Origin: Alteromonadaceae bacterium
Lineage (GTDB): Bacteria; Pseudomonadota; Gammaproteobacteria; Enterobacterales; Alteromonadaceae
Reading direction: 5' to 3'
Assembly (NCBI GenBank): GCA_965248545.1
Contig: OZ252110.1
Location: forward strand, 1,270,224 to 1,334,223
DNA length: 64,000 nucleotides
This document shows positions 26,332 through 36,111 of the stretch, piece by piece; position 1 is the first letter of the stretch, and the number at the start of each line of letters is the position of its first letter. The position numbers and the translations under genes are program-made. The notes below the pieces were generated by a model. It worked only from the letters and a program-made list of their open reading frames with translations, was not told the DNA's origin and searched no databases.

Positions 26332-27327
26332 ATGAAACGTGCAGCAAGGTTCACACTTTCACCAACGTGGAAAGTACTACTTAAGGACATGGCCATCGAC
26401 GCGAGTGAGGTACTCATTCGCGCTGAGTTGCCAGAGGATTTATTCAGTAGAGAAAACGCAACCCTGACCCCAGCGCAGTATTTTGCGCTCTGGCATGGCA
26501 TTGAGCAGTGTGCAGGCAGCGAATCAGTTCCGCTTTTACTGGCAGAACATTTAAGTGTTGAGTCATTTGATGCCCCTCTTTTCGCAGCAATTTGCAGTAA
26601 AAACCTTACCGCTGCCGTAAAGCGAATACAGCAATACAAGCCATTGATCGGTCCCATGGAACTCAAGATTGCACAGACTAACGAGCAGTTAACACTGACA
26701 ATTAACTGTTATGGTTATAGCGGAAATTTACCTGAATCTTATAGTTTGACTGAGTTGGTATTCTTTACCCAGGTCGCCAGACTTTGTACCAGAGAGCCTA
26801 TTTGTCCTACACGCCTCTCCTTGCCGAGCTATCCCAGAGATCGATCGCCGTTTGAAGCCTATTTTGGTTGTCCAATCAACCAAGATAATTGCTGTTCGAT
26901 TAGCTTTAGTTTGAGGGATGCCAACCGACCTTTCATCACCCACAACGCATCAATGTGGCACTTTTTTGAGGATAAACTCAATCGCAAGTTAAACGATTTG
27001 AACCGCTCTGCAACGACCACAGAACGGGTCAGAGCGGCGTTACTTGAATCATTGCCAAGCGGAGAAAGCTCAATCGAATTCATCGCCGACAAACTGGCGA
27101 TGAGCAAAAGGACACTGCAGCGAAAATTGACCCTAGAAGCAGAAACGTACCAATCTGTTTTACAGTCAGTGCGCCTTGACCTTGCCGACCATTATCTGCA
27201 GAAATCAAAAATGACACTAGGTGAGATTGCCTTCCTACTTGGCTTTCAAGAATCCAACTCATTCATCAGAGCCTACAGCGCGTGGAAAGGGACACCACCC
27301 GCAAGTTTTCGAGGCACGCAACACTAA
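26332..27327 (+). CDS. AraC family regulator (OruR/VirS-type N-domain)
   Basis: C-terminal double HTH: MSKRTLQRKL, EIAFLLGFQESNSFIRAY. Confidence 0.92.
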   Translation: MKRAARFTLSPTWKVLLKDMAIDASEVLIRAELPEDLFSRENATLTPAQYFALWHGIEQCAGSESVPLLLAEHLSVESFDAPLFAAICSKNLTAAVKRIQQYKPLIGPMELKIAQTNEQLTLTINCYGYSGNLPESYSLTELVFFTQVARLCTREPICPTRLSLPSYPRDRSPFEAYFGCPINQDNCCSISFSLRDANRPFITHNASMWHFFEDKLNRKLNDLNRSATTTERVRAALLESLPSGESSIEFIADKLAMSKRTLQRKLTLEAETYQSVLQSVRLDLADHYLQKSKMTLGEIAFLLGFQESNSFIRAYSAWKGTPPASFRGTQH

Positions 27328-27367
27328 AAAAGCCGGTTCACCTCAATGACTAGGTGAACCGGCTTTT
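27327..27367. terminator. Bidirectional Rho-independent terminator between the AraC gene and the TBDR
   Basis: AAAAAGCCGGTTCACCT-caatgact-AGGTGAACCGGCTTTT. Confidence 0.9.
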
Positions 27368-27388
27368 AAGCTCTTTGGCATAACGGAT

Positions 27389-30241
27389 TTAGAAAGTCCC
27401 TCTCAAGCCAATCGAGTAACGCGGCTCCTGCACGTTTTCGTATAAGAACTGGTCTCTGAATCGACCAAACTGTTTTTGGCTCTCACCGGTGATATTGAGC
27501 ACTTCAAAACTAACCGCAACATTATCGGTCAATTGATAAGAAGAGCTGAAATCCCACTGCGTGTACTCATCAAAAAAGACGGGTTCATTTGGAGCGCGAA
27601 GCTGATTTTCCGAAAATAAGAATTCGTCTCGCCAGTTGGCAGCCAAACGCGCTGAGAATTTGTCGTCCTCATAGAATCCAACCACATTCCAAGAGTCACT
27701 CAAACCGATCAATATTGACTGTTGAGAAAAATTGTTCGGATCAAACTCTGCATCACTGTCTACCGTCGTGTAGTTGGCTTGAACACCAAATCCAGTGTCG
27801 GCAAAGAGGTGTTGGATTGCGATTTCCCAACCGTCAATTGAGCGCTCCTTTGAGTTTAATGGTTTGGATGTCAAGAAAACTGCCGCTGGGTCACCCGCTT
27901 GACTGAAAACCGGTGTTGACACTTGGTTCGGCGATGTCGTAGGGACATAACGTCCTTGTGGATCAAGCAGCGGGTCACCATTAATATCCGGAATCGTATC
28001 TTCTAAAACTTCTGTGGCAATGTAGTCTTCAACTTCCTTATTGAAGAACGCGAGTGAGAAATAACTCCCTTCTGCATAATAGTATTCGTAGGAAAGATCC
28101 AAGTTGTAAGACGAATATGGTTTCAACCCTGGATTGCCCGCACTAGCCGTGCTGTTCCCCGGGCGATAGTCACTGACTGTCGTCAACGGGCGCAGCGCAT
28201 TTAGGTCTGGGCGCGCAATGCTCTTGCCGTATGAAATTCTCACCACATGATCATCTGCTGGCTCAACTTGGAAATCAATTGACGGCAAAAACACTGAGTA
28301 GTCCGCCTCAACCTCGAAGAATTCTGGTGCAGCATTTGGTGCGAAGATAACGGACCCCTCGGTATTGGTTGTAATTGACAATCCAATCGGGAATGTTTGG
28401 AATGCAGAGCCAATAACATCGGTTGACTCGTGACGTGCGCCTATGATGATTTGAGCAGGCATGTCGCCGAGGTCAAAGTCAGTCTCATAGTTCACGTAAA
28501 ACGCCGTAGATTCTTCCGATGCACCAAAGAAAGTGGGTGGGAACTGTTGCAAAATGCTGTCGATGGAATTTGGGAAAGCTTGGTTTACCAACGCATTAAC
28601 ATCAAATTCAACAACCACACCAAAGCCACTGGGGGCATCAATAAAGTTGCGAGTAAAATCATCTGCACAGCCAGTACAGGCATCCAAACCTTGGAAGAAA
28701 AAGCCCGTGCCAATCGCATTCGTTTCGACCTGATAATCTGTATATGAAGCGCCAGCCGAGATTGAATAAGTATCGCCCATCCAATTGCCTTCAAACTGAT
28801 ACTGATCTACCGTGTTTTCAATCGCAATATTTCTCAGTACTGAACCTAGTGGAGAGAAACCATCTACGTCTTGAAACTCAGTCACATTTGGACGTGGATC
28901 ACCACCACCAAACTGCTGCTGTCCACGGAATGCCCCCGAATCATCAACACCGATTGCAACACCGTTCTCGCTATAGTCAAGGGCGAAGTTGATGCCGAGT
29001 GGACCCTGTATCAGCTGCAAGTTATCGTTTAATTGTCCATCGGGTTGACTGACTGCCTCTGAGCTATGCGCATCAAACTCAAGAGACAAGCGGTCATTTA
29101 CTGTCCACTCTACATTGAGGCCGATAGAGTCATTTTCGATCACCAATTCATTTTCATAGACTAAAGCATCAGCAGCGCCACCGAGTCGATTCGCTTGGTC
29201 TACAGTGTAATTGCTGGTTAACCGAGTCCCCGTTACAGTGCTGCCATCAACAACACCAAACAGGCCTGTTTGATAACGGTCCTGATCACGTTTAAAACGC
29301 GACAATACATAGTCAGCAGTAATGATGAGGTCTTCCGTCGGCTGCGCTTGGAATACAAATTGCGCGTTGGTGCGACGGCGCTTGTTATGTTGGACTTCTG
29401 AAATGTTGGTTACCGGACGATAGACGTAAGGCGCATCACCACAATTTGAACTCGCATCGCCACACCATGCGGCGTAGCCACCGCCACCTTGCTCGTCTCG
29501 CAACCATCCATCTGTATGAGTAGATAGCTCACTAAATTGCCGTTCTGAATATGAGAAGTTAGCTAAGACACCAAATTTGCCATCGCCAAATGTGGTCGAA
29601 AACAATCCACCGAATTCGGGTGTAACGTCATCTCCTTCAATAACCGAAGCGTCATGGACAGCTGCGACATTCGCCAGAATAGTCGTGTCACTGTAATCAA
29701 ATGGTCGTGCCGTCTCAATATTAACGGTGGCGCCCATCCCCCCTGTCGGTTGGTTAGCTTTCGACGTCTTGTATACTTGGACGCCGGTAACAGATTCCGA
29801 CGCTATTTCCGCAAAATTGAACGCGCGGCTTTGTGTGGCAGACGCGATACTTTCTTGTTCAGGTGAAGAGGCTGCCGGCATTTGGCGACCGTTCAATGTT
29901 ACCATGTTGAAGTTTGGCCCTAAGCCGCGAACAGTAATTTGGTTACCTTCGCCATTTTGCCGATCAATTGAAACGCCGGTAATACGCTGGAGAGATTCGG
30001 CTAAGTTAGCATCGGGGAATTTACCGATATCTTCTGCAGTAATAGCATCTACGACCCCACTACTCGAACGTTTCAGATCCATGGATTGAACCAGGCTGCC
30101 TTTTATCCCTCTGACTTCAATCACTTCTACATCATCTGACTGTGTGTCTTGTTGAGCAGCGACTGCTAACGAATGAGAGCCTAAAATTGTGGCGACTGAC
30201 AATGCAATTAGGTTTGGTTTTAATTTTGTGTGCAATTTCAT
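27389..30241 (-). CDS. TonB-dependent receptor (sugar-type) of the xylan locus
   Basis: Signal peptide from ATG 30241 (GGAG upstream), VIEVRGI TonB box region, DAITAEDIGKFPDANLAESLQRITGV plug, C-terminal PRYSIGLRGTF. Confidence 0.95.
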   Translation of the reverse strand: MKLHTKLKPNLIALSVATILGSHSLAVAAQQDTQSDDVEVIEVRGIKGSLVQSMDLKRSSSGVVDAITAEDIGKFPDANLAESLQRITGVSIDRQNGEGNQITVRGLGPNFNMVTLNGRQMPAASSPEQESIASATQSRAFNFAEIASESVTGVQVYKTSKANQPTGGMGATVNIETARPFDYSDTTILANVAAVHDASVIEGDDVTPEFGGLFSTTFGDGKFGVLANFSYSERQFSELSTHTDGWLRDEQGGGGYAAWCGDASSNCGDAPYVYRPVTNISEVQHNKRRRTNAQFVFQAQPTEDLIITADYVLSRFKRDQDRYQTGLFGVVDGSTVTGTRLTSNYTVDQANRLGGAADALVYENELVIENDSIGLNVEWTVNDRLSLEFDAHSSEAVSQPDGQLNDNLQLIQGPLGINFALDYSENGVAIGVDDSGAFRGQQQFGGGDPRPNVTEFQDVDGFSPLGSVLRNIAIENTVDQYQFEGNWMGDTYSISAGASYTDYQVETNAIGTGFFFQGLDACTGCADDFTRNFIDAPSGFGVVVEFDVNALVNQAFPNSIDSILQQFPPTFFGASEESTAFYVNYETDFDLGDMPAQIIIGARHESTDVIGSAFQTFPIGLSITTNTEGSVIFAPNAAPEFFEVEADYSVFLPSIDFQVEPADDHVVRISYGKSIARPDLNALRPLTTVSDYRPGNSTASAGNPGLKPYSSYNLDLSYEYYYAEGSYFSLAFFNKEVEDYIATEVLEDTIPDINGDPLLDPQGRYVPTTSPNQVSTPVFSQAGDPAAVFLTSKPLNSKERSIDGWEIAIQHLFADTGFGVQANYTTVDSDAEFDPNNFSQQSILIGLSDSWNVVGFYEDDKFSARLAANWRDEFLFSENQLRAPNEPVFFDEYTQWDFSSSYQLTDNVAVSFEVLNITGESQKQFGRFRDQFLYENVQEPRYSIGLRGTF

Positions 30242-30474
30242 CGACTGTACTCCGTGCAGTATGCTGTTGGGCAATCGCCGCCAAACCTCATGACTGACTT
30301 TCGGTTCTAAGTTAAAAGTGTCCTGTGTTAACGTTTCTTTTCGGTCCAATTGACCTTGTTTTGGCAGACTCAGAAAATTTCAGAGTCTGGGTGTAAACGA
30401 TTTGTTAACGCATTCAAACTAGCAACGCCCCGAGATTGAATCAATTCCACATCTTTACGTTTTTTAACTTACAT

Positions 30475-30488
30475 AATTACGATTTATT
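30475..30488 (-). promoter_or_regulatory. Candidate XylR site upstream of the TBDR
   Basis: Minus strand AATAAATCGTAATT, matching sites upstream of tal, xylA and xylB. Confidence 0.5.
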
Positions 30489-30647
30489 TTAATCTGACCA
30501 ATGCCCCAAAAAAATCCCCAAAAGCCTCATAACCCGCATTTATATTAGAGATAACAATTCTGTTTTTGACGTGATAACTTTCACAAAAAATGAAACTAAA
30601 ATTAACCTTTAAATATTTTTTATCATATTTCATCACAAAAAAAGGCC

Positions 30648-30681
30648 AATAATTCGTAATGGTAAGAGCAAAATTCGTAAA
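30648..30681 (+). promoter_or_regulatory. Candidate XylR direct repeat upstream of tal
   Basis: AATAATTCGTAAT (30648-30660) and CAAAATTCGTAAA (30669-30681), period 21 bp. Confidence 0.55.
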
Positions 30682-30739
30682 AGCCCCCCCCTGCTCGATC
30701 CCTCATAATGTTAATTCTATTAACAAACGACTTTGTGCT

Positions 30740-31702
30740 ATGTCTAAACTAGATTCACTGAAAAAGATGACTGCAATAGTTGCTGACACAGGTGACTTAA
30801 AATCAATCACCAACACTAGGCCTCTTGATGCAACAACAAACCCATCTTTGTTGCTGAAAGCCGCAAAATCAGGGGTTTACAATCACTTATTGGAAAAAGC
30901 GAGTATCGGCGAAAACAATCAAAGACGCTCACCAAGCACAGCTGCAGAGATTTTTGCGGTCTTAATTGGTGCCGAAATTGCGGACATTGTACCTGGCAGA
31001 GTTTCCACCGAAGTGGACGCGCGCCTATCGTTTGATACGCATGCTATGGTAGAGACGGCAACGAGACTGATTGAATTATATGAACAACACGGTGTTGATC
31101 GCTCTCGGGTTCTGATCAAAATTGCGGCCACATGGGAAGGCATAAGAGCGGCTGAACAATTAGAGAAACAAAATATACAGTGCAATCTAACCTTGTTGTT
31201 TAATATGGCACAAGCGCGTGCGTGTGCTGAGGCGGGTGTGTATCTGATATCCCCGTTCGTGGGCCGTATTTACGACTATTATAAATTGGCTGACCCGGGT
31301 CGAAAGTTTACACCACAAAACGATCCTGGGGTGTTATCAGTAAAAGCCATATTCGAGTTTTATCGAGAGCACGATTTCAAAACGATTGTGATGGGTGCCA
31401 GTTTTCGGACTACCGAGCAAGTACTTGCGCTTGCTGGGTGTGATCGCTTAACCGTCTCTCCGAATCTGCTGCAAGCGCTCAATGAAGAAGATGGAGAGGT
31501 CGTGCAAACACTGCATGTGCCAACATCGAAGTCTGCGTTTGATACCCCGCGCCTGACGGAATCCGAGTTCCGATTTGCTTTGTGCACCGATCCTATGGCT
31601 AACACTAAACTTGCTGAAGGAATTGCACAGTTTTGTAAAGATCAAATCGCACTAGAAACCTTGCTAGACAATACACTCCAACAGGAGAGGCATTATGCAT
31701 AA
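30740..31702 (+). CDS. tal: Transaldolase
   Basis: IVADTGD, DATTNPSLL, VSTEVDARLS, LIKIAATWEG, NLTLLF, LISPFVGRI. Start ATG 30740. Confidence 0.97.
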   Translation: MSKLDSLKKMTAIVADTGDLKSITNTRPLDATTNPSLLLKAAKSGVYNHLLEKASIGENNQRRSPSTAAEIFAVLIGAEIADIVPGRVSTEVDARLSFDTHAMVETATRLIELYEQHGVDRSRVLIKIAATWEGIRAAEQLEKQNIQCNLTLLFNMAQARACAEAGVYLISPFVGRIYDYYKLADPGRKFTPQNDPGVLSVKAIFEFYREHDFKTIVMGASFRTTEQVLALAGCDRLTVSPNLLQALNEEDGEVVQTLHVPTSKSAFDTPRLTESEFRFALCTDPMANTKLAEGIAQFCKDQIALETLLDNTLQQERHYA

Positions 31703-32411
31703 GCAACAGCGAGAATTTGACCTAGACGCCCTGTCAGCGCAATTTTGGCAGAATGGCTACATCGTTATTGAGAACTTTTTTGAGTCTGACTTAATGAAGC
31801 AATGCCAAGAGACAATAATGGGTCATTTTGGTTTAACACCGGAATTTTTACACGATGAAAACTTTATCGAAGCGTCAAAAACCGAAGTGATCCCATGGTT
31901 TCCGCAACGCGAAGGCGTCGCTCTGTTCGATCGCGTTGAGCAGCTAGAAGCACTGCGAAGCCTAACTCAAGCGATTCTAAATTCGGGTTGGCAATCGCAA
32001 TATTGTATGGTGATGTTTTCAAAAAGTGGCACGAGCGGCCAAGCCTGGCACCAAGATTGTCCTCCCGAAGATCCGAGGTGCTTCAATTTAAATCGCCTAG
32101 TTTATACCATGGACGTAACGGACCAGACTGGTGGCGAAGTCTACATCTTGCCGCAAAGCCACAAGCGTGGAGCTTTGACAGAAGGTCCAGTGTTTGAAGA
32201 CTTTCCGGACCAAGTGAAATTAACGCCTGCCACAGGGACCTTGGTTCTGTTACATGGTCATTGTTGGCACCGCATCGGAGATATCAAAGGTGATTATCGC
32301 GTTTCAACTAACTATCGCGCTGCGCCACTCGGGGTCCCAGATGACATAACAGACATCTGCGTATATCGAAACATGCGCTATCAGTTTTCGACATCTCAAA
32401 TCGTCGGCTAA
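31695..32411 (+). CDS. Fe(II)/2-oxoglutarate dioxygenase, phytanoyl-CoA dioxygenase (PhyH) family
   Basis: FWQNGYIVIENF, WHQD (HxD), ILPQSHK, distal HGHCWH, YRVS. Start overlaps the tal stop by 8 bp. Confidence 0.88.
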   Translation: MHKQQREFDLDALSAQFWQNGYIVIENFFESDLMKQCQETIMGHFGLTPEFLHDENFIEASKTEVIPWFPQREGVALFDRVEQLEALRSLTQAILNSGWQSQYCMVMFSKSGTSGQAWHQDCPPEDPRCFNLNRLVYTMDVTDQTGGEVYILPQSHKRGALTEGPVFEDFPDQVKLTPATGTLVLLHGHCWHRIGDIKGDYRVSTNYRAAPLGVPDDITDICVYRNMRYQFSTSQIVG

Positions 32412-33373
32412 AGCTCCCTAACTGCCTCTATTTGTTCTTGAAAGGCGATGGAGGCATCCAAAGGAACCACTTCTGATTCCGTTTTGCCCAGTCTGATCGC
32501 ATCACAAACATGCTCGATTTGAAATTCAAAGCCCGAACCTTCACGCGGATCATTGAAACTCTTCTGCGGCTTCTCTAATTCGTACAAATGACACTCAGAT
32601 GCGCGCCAAAAATCAGGGATCTGAATGGTTCCTTTGGTACCAATGATAATCCCGACATTCGGTAACTTAGCTTTAAACGAAGTGTGCATAAATGCTGTGC
32701 TTTTTTCGTACTGCCACGTCCAGCATACGTCATCCTCGACCCCATTGGGTGCAAAGCGCTGCATTCCCGCTATGGATGTAGGTTGAATGGCATGCAACAA
32801 CCGGTTAAAGGCGATTGGGTATATCCCCATTTCGAGCAGACAGCCGCCCGCGAAATGTGCATCATATTCTCGCAATGACGGGGAATAGGGCAATGGGTAA
32901 CCAAAATCCGCTCGCACATGCAACAGCTCACCGATCTCGCCTGCTTTGACCCACTCTACCGCTTTTTGAATCGCCGGCAGAAAATATGTCCACATCGCTT
33001 CCATCAGAAAAATGTTGTGCTCTTGTGCAAGCTGCTTCAGATATCTCATGTCTTCACTGGACGTCACTATCGGTTTTTCGCACAACACGTGTTTCCCATT
33101 TCTGATTGCTTGCTCAACTTGCTCTTTATGCAAAGTATGCGGCGATGCAATGTATACAGCGTCGATATCTGGATGTTCAAAAATTCGGTCATAGCCTGCA
33201 TATGCCTCGGCGATACCATATTGGTCAGCGAATAACTGAGCTTTTGCCTGGTCTCTTGCTGCAACAGCCTGGATGATTGTGTTTTGACAAAACTTAATGT
33301 CTTTAGCAAAAGTGTGCGTTATGCGACCAGCGGTGATCACACCCCAACGAATCACCCCATCGTTACCCAACAT
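32408..33373 (-). CDS. Gfo/Idh/MocA oxidoreductase (related to dihydrodiol/D-xylose dehydrogenase)
   Basis: IRWGVI, DAVYIASPHTLH, HVLCEKP, FLMEAMWT, GGCLLEMGIYP. Confidence 0.92.
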   Translation of the reverse strand: MLGNDGVIRWGVITAGRITHTFAKDIKFCQNTIIQAVAARDQAKAQLFADQYGIAEAYAGYDRIFEHPDIDAVYIASPHTLHKEQVEQAIRNGKHVLCEKPIVTSSEDMRYLKQLAQEHNIFLMEAMWTYFLPAIQKAVEWVKAGEIGELLHVRADFGYPLPYSPSLREYDAHFAGGCLLEMGIYPIAFNRLLHAIQPTSIAGMQRFAPNGVEDDVCWTWQYEKSTAFMHTSFKAKLPNVGIIIGTKGTIQIPDFWRASECHLYELEKPQKSFNDPREGSGFEFQIEHVCDAIRLGKTESEVVPLDASIAFQEQIEAVREL

Positions 33374-33382
33374 AATGACCTC

Positions 33383-34939
33383 CTATCGACTTAACTCGTG
33401 TTCAAGCTGTTCAAGACTCTTGCCGCTTGTCTCCGGCAATAGTCGAATCACCAATACTAAACTGATAACGGCAAATACCGCATAAATTAAAAATGTCACT
33501 GCTGCCCCCAGATTCGCTAGCTCCCATGGAAACGCCAGCTGCACGATAAAACTCACAATACTATTGACCACACCAACAACCGAAATTGCTAAGCCGCGCA
33601 AATGATTTGGAAAAATTTCAGAAAATAGTACCCACATAACAGGACCGAGGGAAAACGCAAAGCACGCAACAAACCCCAAAATACCGACCAGTATCAACAC
33701 TGAATTGAGTGACGCTGATACCTGTATGATATGTCCTTGATTGGCTTGGAACACTGTTTCTCCGATCCGCTCAACGACCGCTTGCTTAAATTCAATATCA
33801 CTAGTGAACACATGGTTCACGAGTGGTTGTAGTTGGCTCACATCGACGTTAATGGCGAGTGCTTTCAGTGCTTCGGGTGTCAACTGGTATTGGGCTTCAC
33901 TGTAGCCATAAGCGCATATCAGCATGCTTACCACCACGCCAGACAAGCCAAAAATCAGCAGTGGCCGACGACCCAATCGGTCAATTAGTGCAATCGCAAC
34001 CAGGGTAAAAACAACGTTGATGATGCCCACCCAAATCGCCTGTGCAAAAGCTGCGTTCGTGCCGACGCCAGTTTGTTCAAAGATTGTCGGCGCGTAAAAA
34101 TAAATCGCATTGACGCCAGTCGCTTGTTGGGCAATTCCCACCACCAAACCAATCACTAACGCTGTTCGCATGGTGGGTCCAAAGATTTCCTTTAGATGCA
34201 TCAGAACATTGGTTTGACTAGTTTCTGCCGTCGCAGCAATTTCGCTAATATTGGATTGCAGCGATTCTTCATCTTGCTCAGGATACAGCTGCTTGAGAAC
34301 TTTAGAAGCTTCATCACTACGATGCTGCACAATCAACCATCTGGGGCTTCTTGGGATCACAAATAACAACAAAAAATAAAGCGTAGCGGGTACGATTTCG
34401 AGTCCAAGCATCCAGCGCCACGTTGCCTGATCAATCTTTGCCATAGTAACCCAGTCCAGCGAACTTTGACTAAGTTGCAACAAGAAGTAATTCGCAAAGT
34501 AGGCGACTGAGAAACCGATAACAATGTTGAGTTGATTGATCGAAACCATCTTCCCTCGAGCTTTGGCAGGAGCAATCTCAGCTATATACATTGGCGCTAT
34601 CATCAACGAACAAAACGCTAAACCACCAATAAAGCGAGCAACAACCAAGGCTGCATAGCTTGGCGCAAATGCAGAGAGTATGGCACTGAGCAGATATAGT
34701 GCTGCGATGATCATTAACGTGGTGCGTCGCCCAATACGGTCAGCAATGTAGCCCGCTGACAGGGTCGCAAGTATCCCCCCAAGCGTTGGCGCGGCTACCA
34801 CAAACCCTTGTTCAATATGATTTAATTCAAATTCAACGCTGATTAGCCCGACGGCGCCAGAAATGACTGAAGCGTCAAAACCAAAGATAAACCCACCCAT
34901 GGAAACAATCAGCGTGTAGAACAAAACCGGGTTGCGCAT
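33383..34939 (-). CDS. Sugar porter family MFS transporter (xylose or xylo-oligosaccharide candidate)
   Basis: GGFIFGFD, DRIGRR, PMYIAEIAP, PRSPRWL, QQATGVNAIYFYAP, DRLGRRPLL, SEIFP, PETSGKSLE. Confidence 0.95.
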   Translation of the reverse strand: MRNPVLFYTLIVSMGGFIFGFDASVISGAVGLISVEFELNHIEQGFVVAAPTLGGILATLSAGYIADRIGRRTTLMIIAALYLLSAILSAFAPSYAALVVARFIGGLAFCSLMIAPMYIAEIAPAKARGKMVSINQLNIVIGFSVAYFANYFLLQLSQSSLDWVTMAKIDQATWRWMLGLEIVPATLYFLLLFVIPRSPRWLIVQHRSDEASKVLKQLYPEQDEESLQSNISEIAATAETSQTNVLMHLKEIFGPTMRTALVIGLVVGIAQQATGVNAIYFYAPTIFEQTGVGTNAAFAQAIWVGIINVVFTLVAIALIDRLGRRPLLIFGLSGVVVSMLICAYGYSEAQYQLTPEALKALAINVDVSQLQPLVNHVFTSDIEFKQAVVERIGETVFQANQGHIIQVSASLNSVLILVGILGFVACFAFSLGPVMWVLFSEIFPNHLRGLAISVVGVVNSIVSFIVQLAFPWELANLGAAVTFLIYAVFAVISLVLVIRLLPETSGKSLEQLEHELSR

Positions 34940-34944
34940 CTTCT

Positions 34945-36111
34945 TCACCACCATTGCCCCTGGATCCAGGTTTCCTTGTTTTGGGTTTCAGCTAGCCATT
35001 TATCCAAGATTTCTGGGTTAGCATGAACTCGCGTGTCACCCCAGTAGCCTTGTGGACAAGTTGGCGTTCCTGCTGTTGCGTTCTTTGCGCAAAACCACAT
35101 CGGTTGGCTTTCCCAATGAGTATTAATGTATGCAAGTGCTTTTATGACGTCCTCATTTGCTTCGATAAATTCAAACAAGGGTCTATACCAACGCAGCCAA
35201 ACCTGCTCTGCAGTTACTTTTTTCTGATCATTCACTGATATATAACCCTGCGTAAGGGTCGTAAGGTTGTAAGCTTGAGGCGCGGCTTCAGCAATCATGA
35301 CTGGCTTGCCTTCCTTGCGAGCAAAATCCAATACTTTTTGTTGTGCCGAAGCAGGCGTATCCACCGGCGTATAATGCCATTGATGAAGATCGCGATAGAA
35401 TGTCGAAATCGAAACCCAATCTACTGCATCAGGCCCCGGATACCAGTCATTTAAATGCTGTGAGTTACGGTGGTCGTAGTCCTTTTCACGCTCGCCAGCA
35501 ATAGTGGGATCCGGCCAAGTAGCTGATTGCCAAACTGTCACAACATTGTCGGCGTTTTGTTCATTTAAAAGTTTAGCAATACGTCGATAAGCGCGCTTGT
35601 AAGTATCCTGCTGATAACAATTCCACGGGCCATCAAATTCATAACCAATACGCAGAAAAATCGGTCGAGGAGCTTGCGCCTTAAACCAATCAATCATGAA
35701 TGTAATTGACGCATCATAATCTCCATCTGCAATGTGTTTACCGTGATGGGGTTGATTGCAGCTATCGAAGGCCAGGCCCACCGCAAGAGCGGCAAATGGA
35801 GCTTGTGTTAGTGTATGGGTAAAATCTACCTCGCCGGCATGCCAATTACTCACTTGTCGGAGGCCAAACAAGGTTTGTTGCGGATCAGCCGATTTTATCT
35901 GGGTGTAAAGAGTCACACCTTCAAGCTGATCTTGCGGAACTGCGGATTGATAGTCATTAATCGTGTCCGTGTCTTGTCCCATGAACAACAACCGCTGTCC
36001 CGGTTTGAGCGGAACATACTGTTCATTGACGAGTCTGGTGACACTCTGGCTATGACAGGCGACGAGCAAGCCCGCGAATGTCAGTACTTTGGCAAATCGT
36101 GCTATCTTCAT
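34945..36111 (-). CDS. GH26 lipoprotein, probable endo-beta-1,3-xylanase
   Basis: Lipobox LVAC. GQD near the N-terminus, acid/base LRIGYEFDGPWN, WYPG..VDW, nucleophile GKPVMIAEAAPQ, W...W..P.F, YIN..W.SQ..W, GYWGDTRV.AN. As I recall the sequences, this motif series follows the Vibrio GH26 beta-1,3-xylanases rather than mannanases. Confidence 0.8.
   Translation of the reverse strand: MKIARFAKVLTFAGLLVACHSQSVTRLVNEQYVPLKPGQRLLFMGQDTDTINDYQSAVPQDQLEGVTLYTQIKSADPQQTLFGLRQVSNWHAGEVDFTHTLTQAPFAALAVGLAFDSCNQPHHGKHIADGDYDASITFMIDWFKAQAPRPIFLRIGYEFDGPWNCYQQDTYKRAYRRIAKLLNEQNADNVVTVWQSATWPDPTIAGEREKDYDHRNSQHLNDWYPGPDAVDWVSISTFYRDLHQWHYTPVDTPASAQQKVLDFARKEGKPVMIAEAAPQAYNLTTLTQGYISVNDQKKVTAEQVWLRWYRPLFEFIEANEDVIKALAYINTHWESQPMWFCAKNATAGTPTCPQGYWGDTRVHANPEILDKWLAETQNKETWIQGQWW

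Noticed and set aside
32408-33373. Weimberg/Dahms oxidative xylose pathway
   Set aside because: Only a possible dehydrogenase is present. No lactonase, xylonate dehydratase or KDX enzyme is in the locus, while the isomerase route is complete.
34945-36111. GH26 as beta-mannanase
   Set aside because: It lacks the mannanase-type HEMNG..FWW context, has GYEFDG and GYWGD.RV.AN motifs, and sits among xylose genes with no mannose genes. Biochemistry is still needed.
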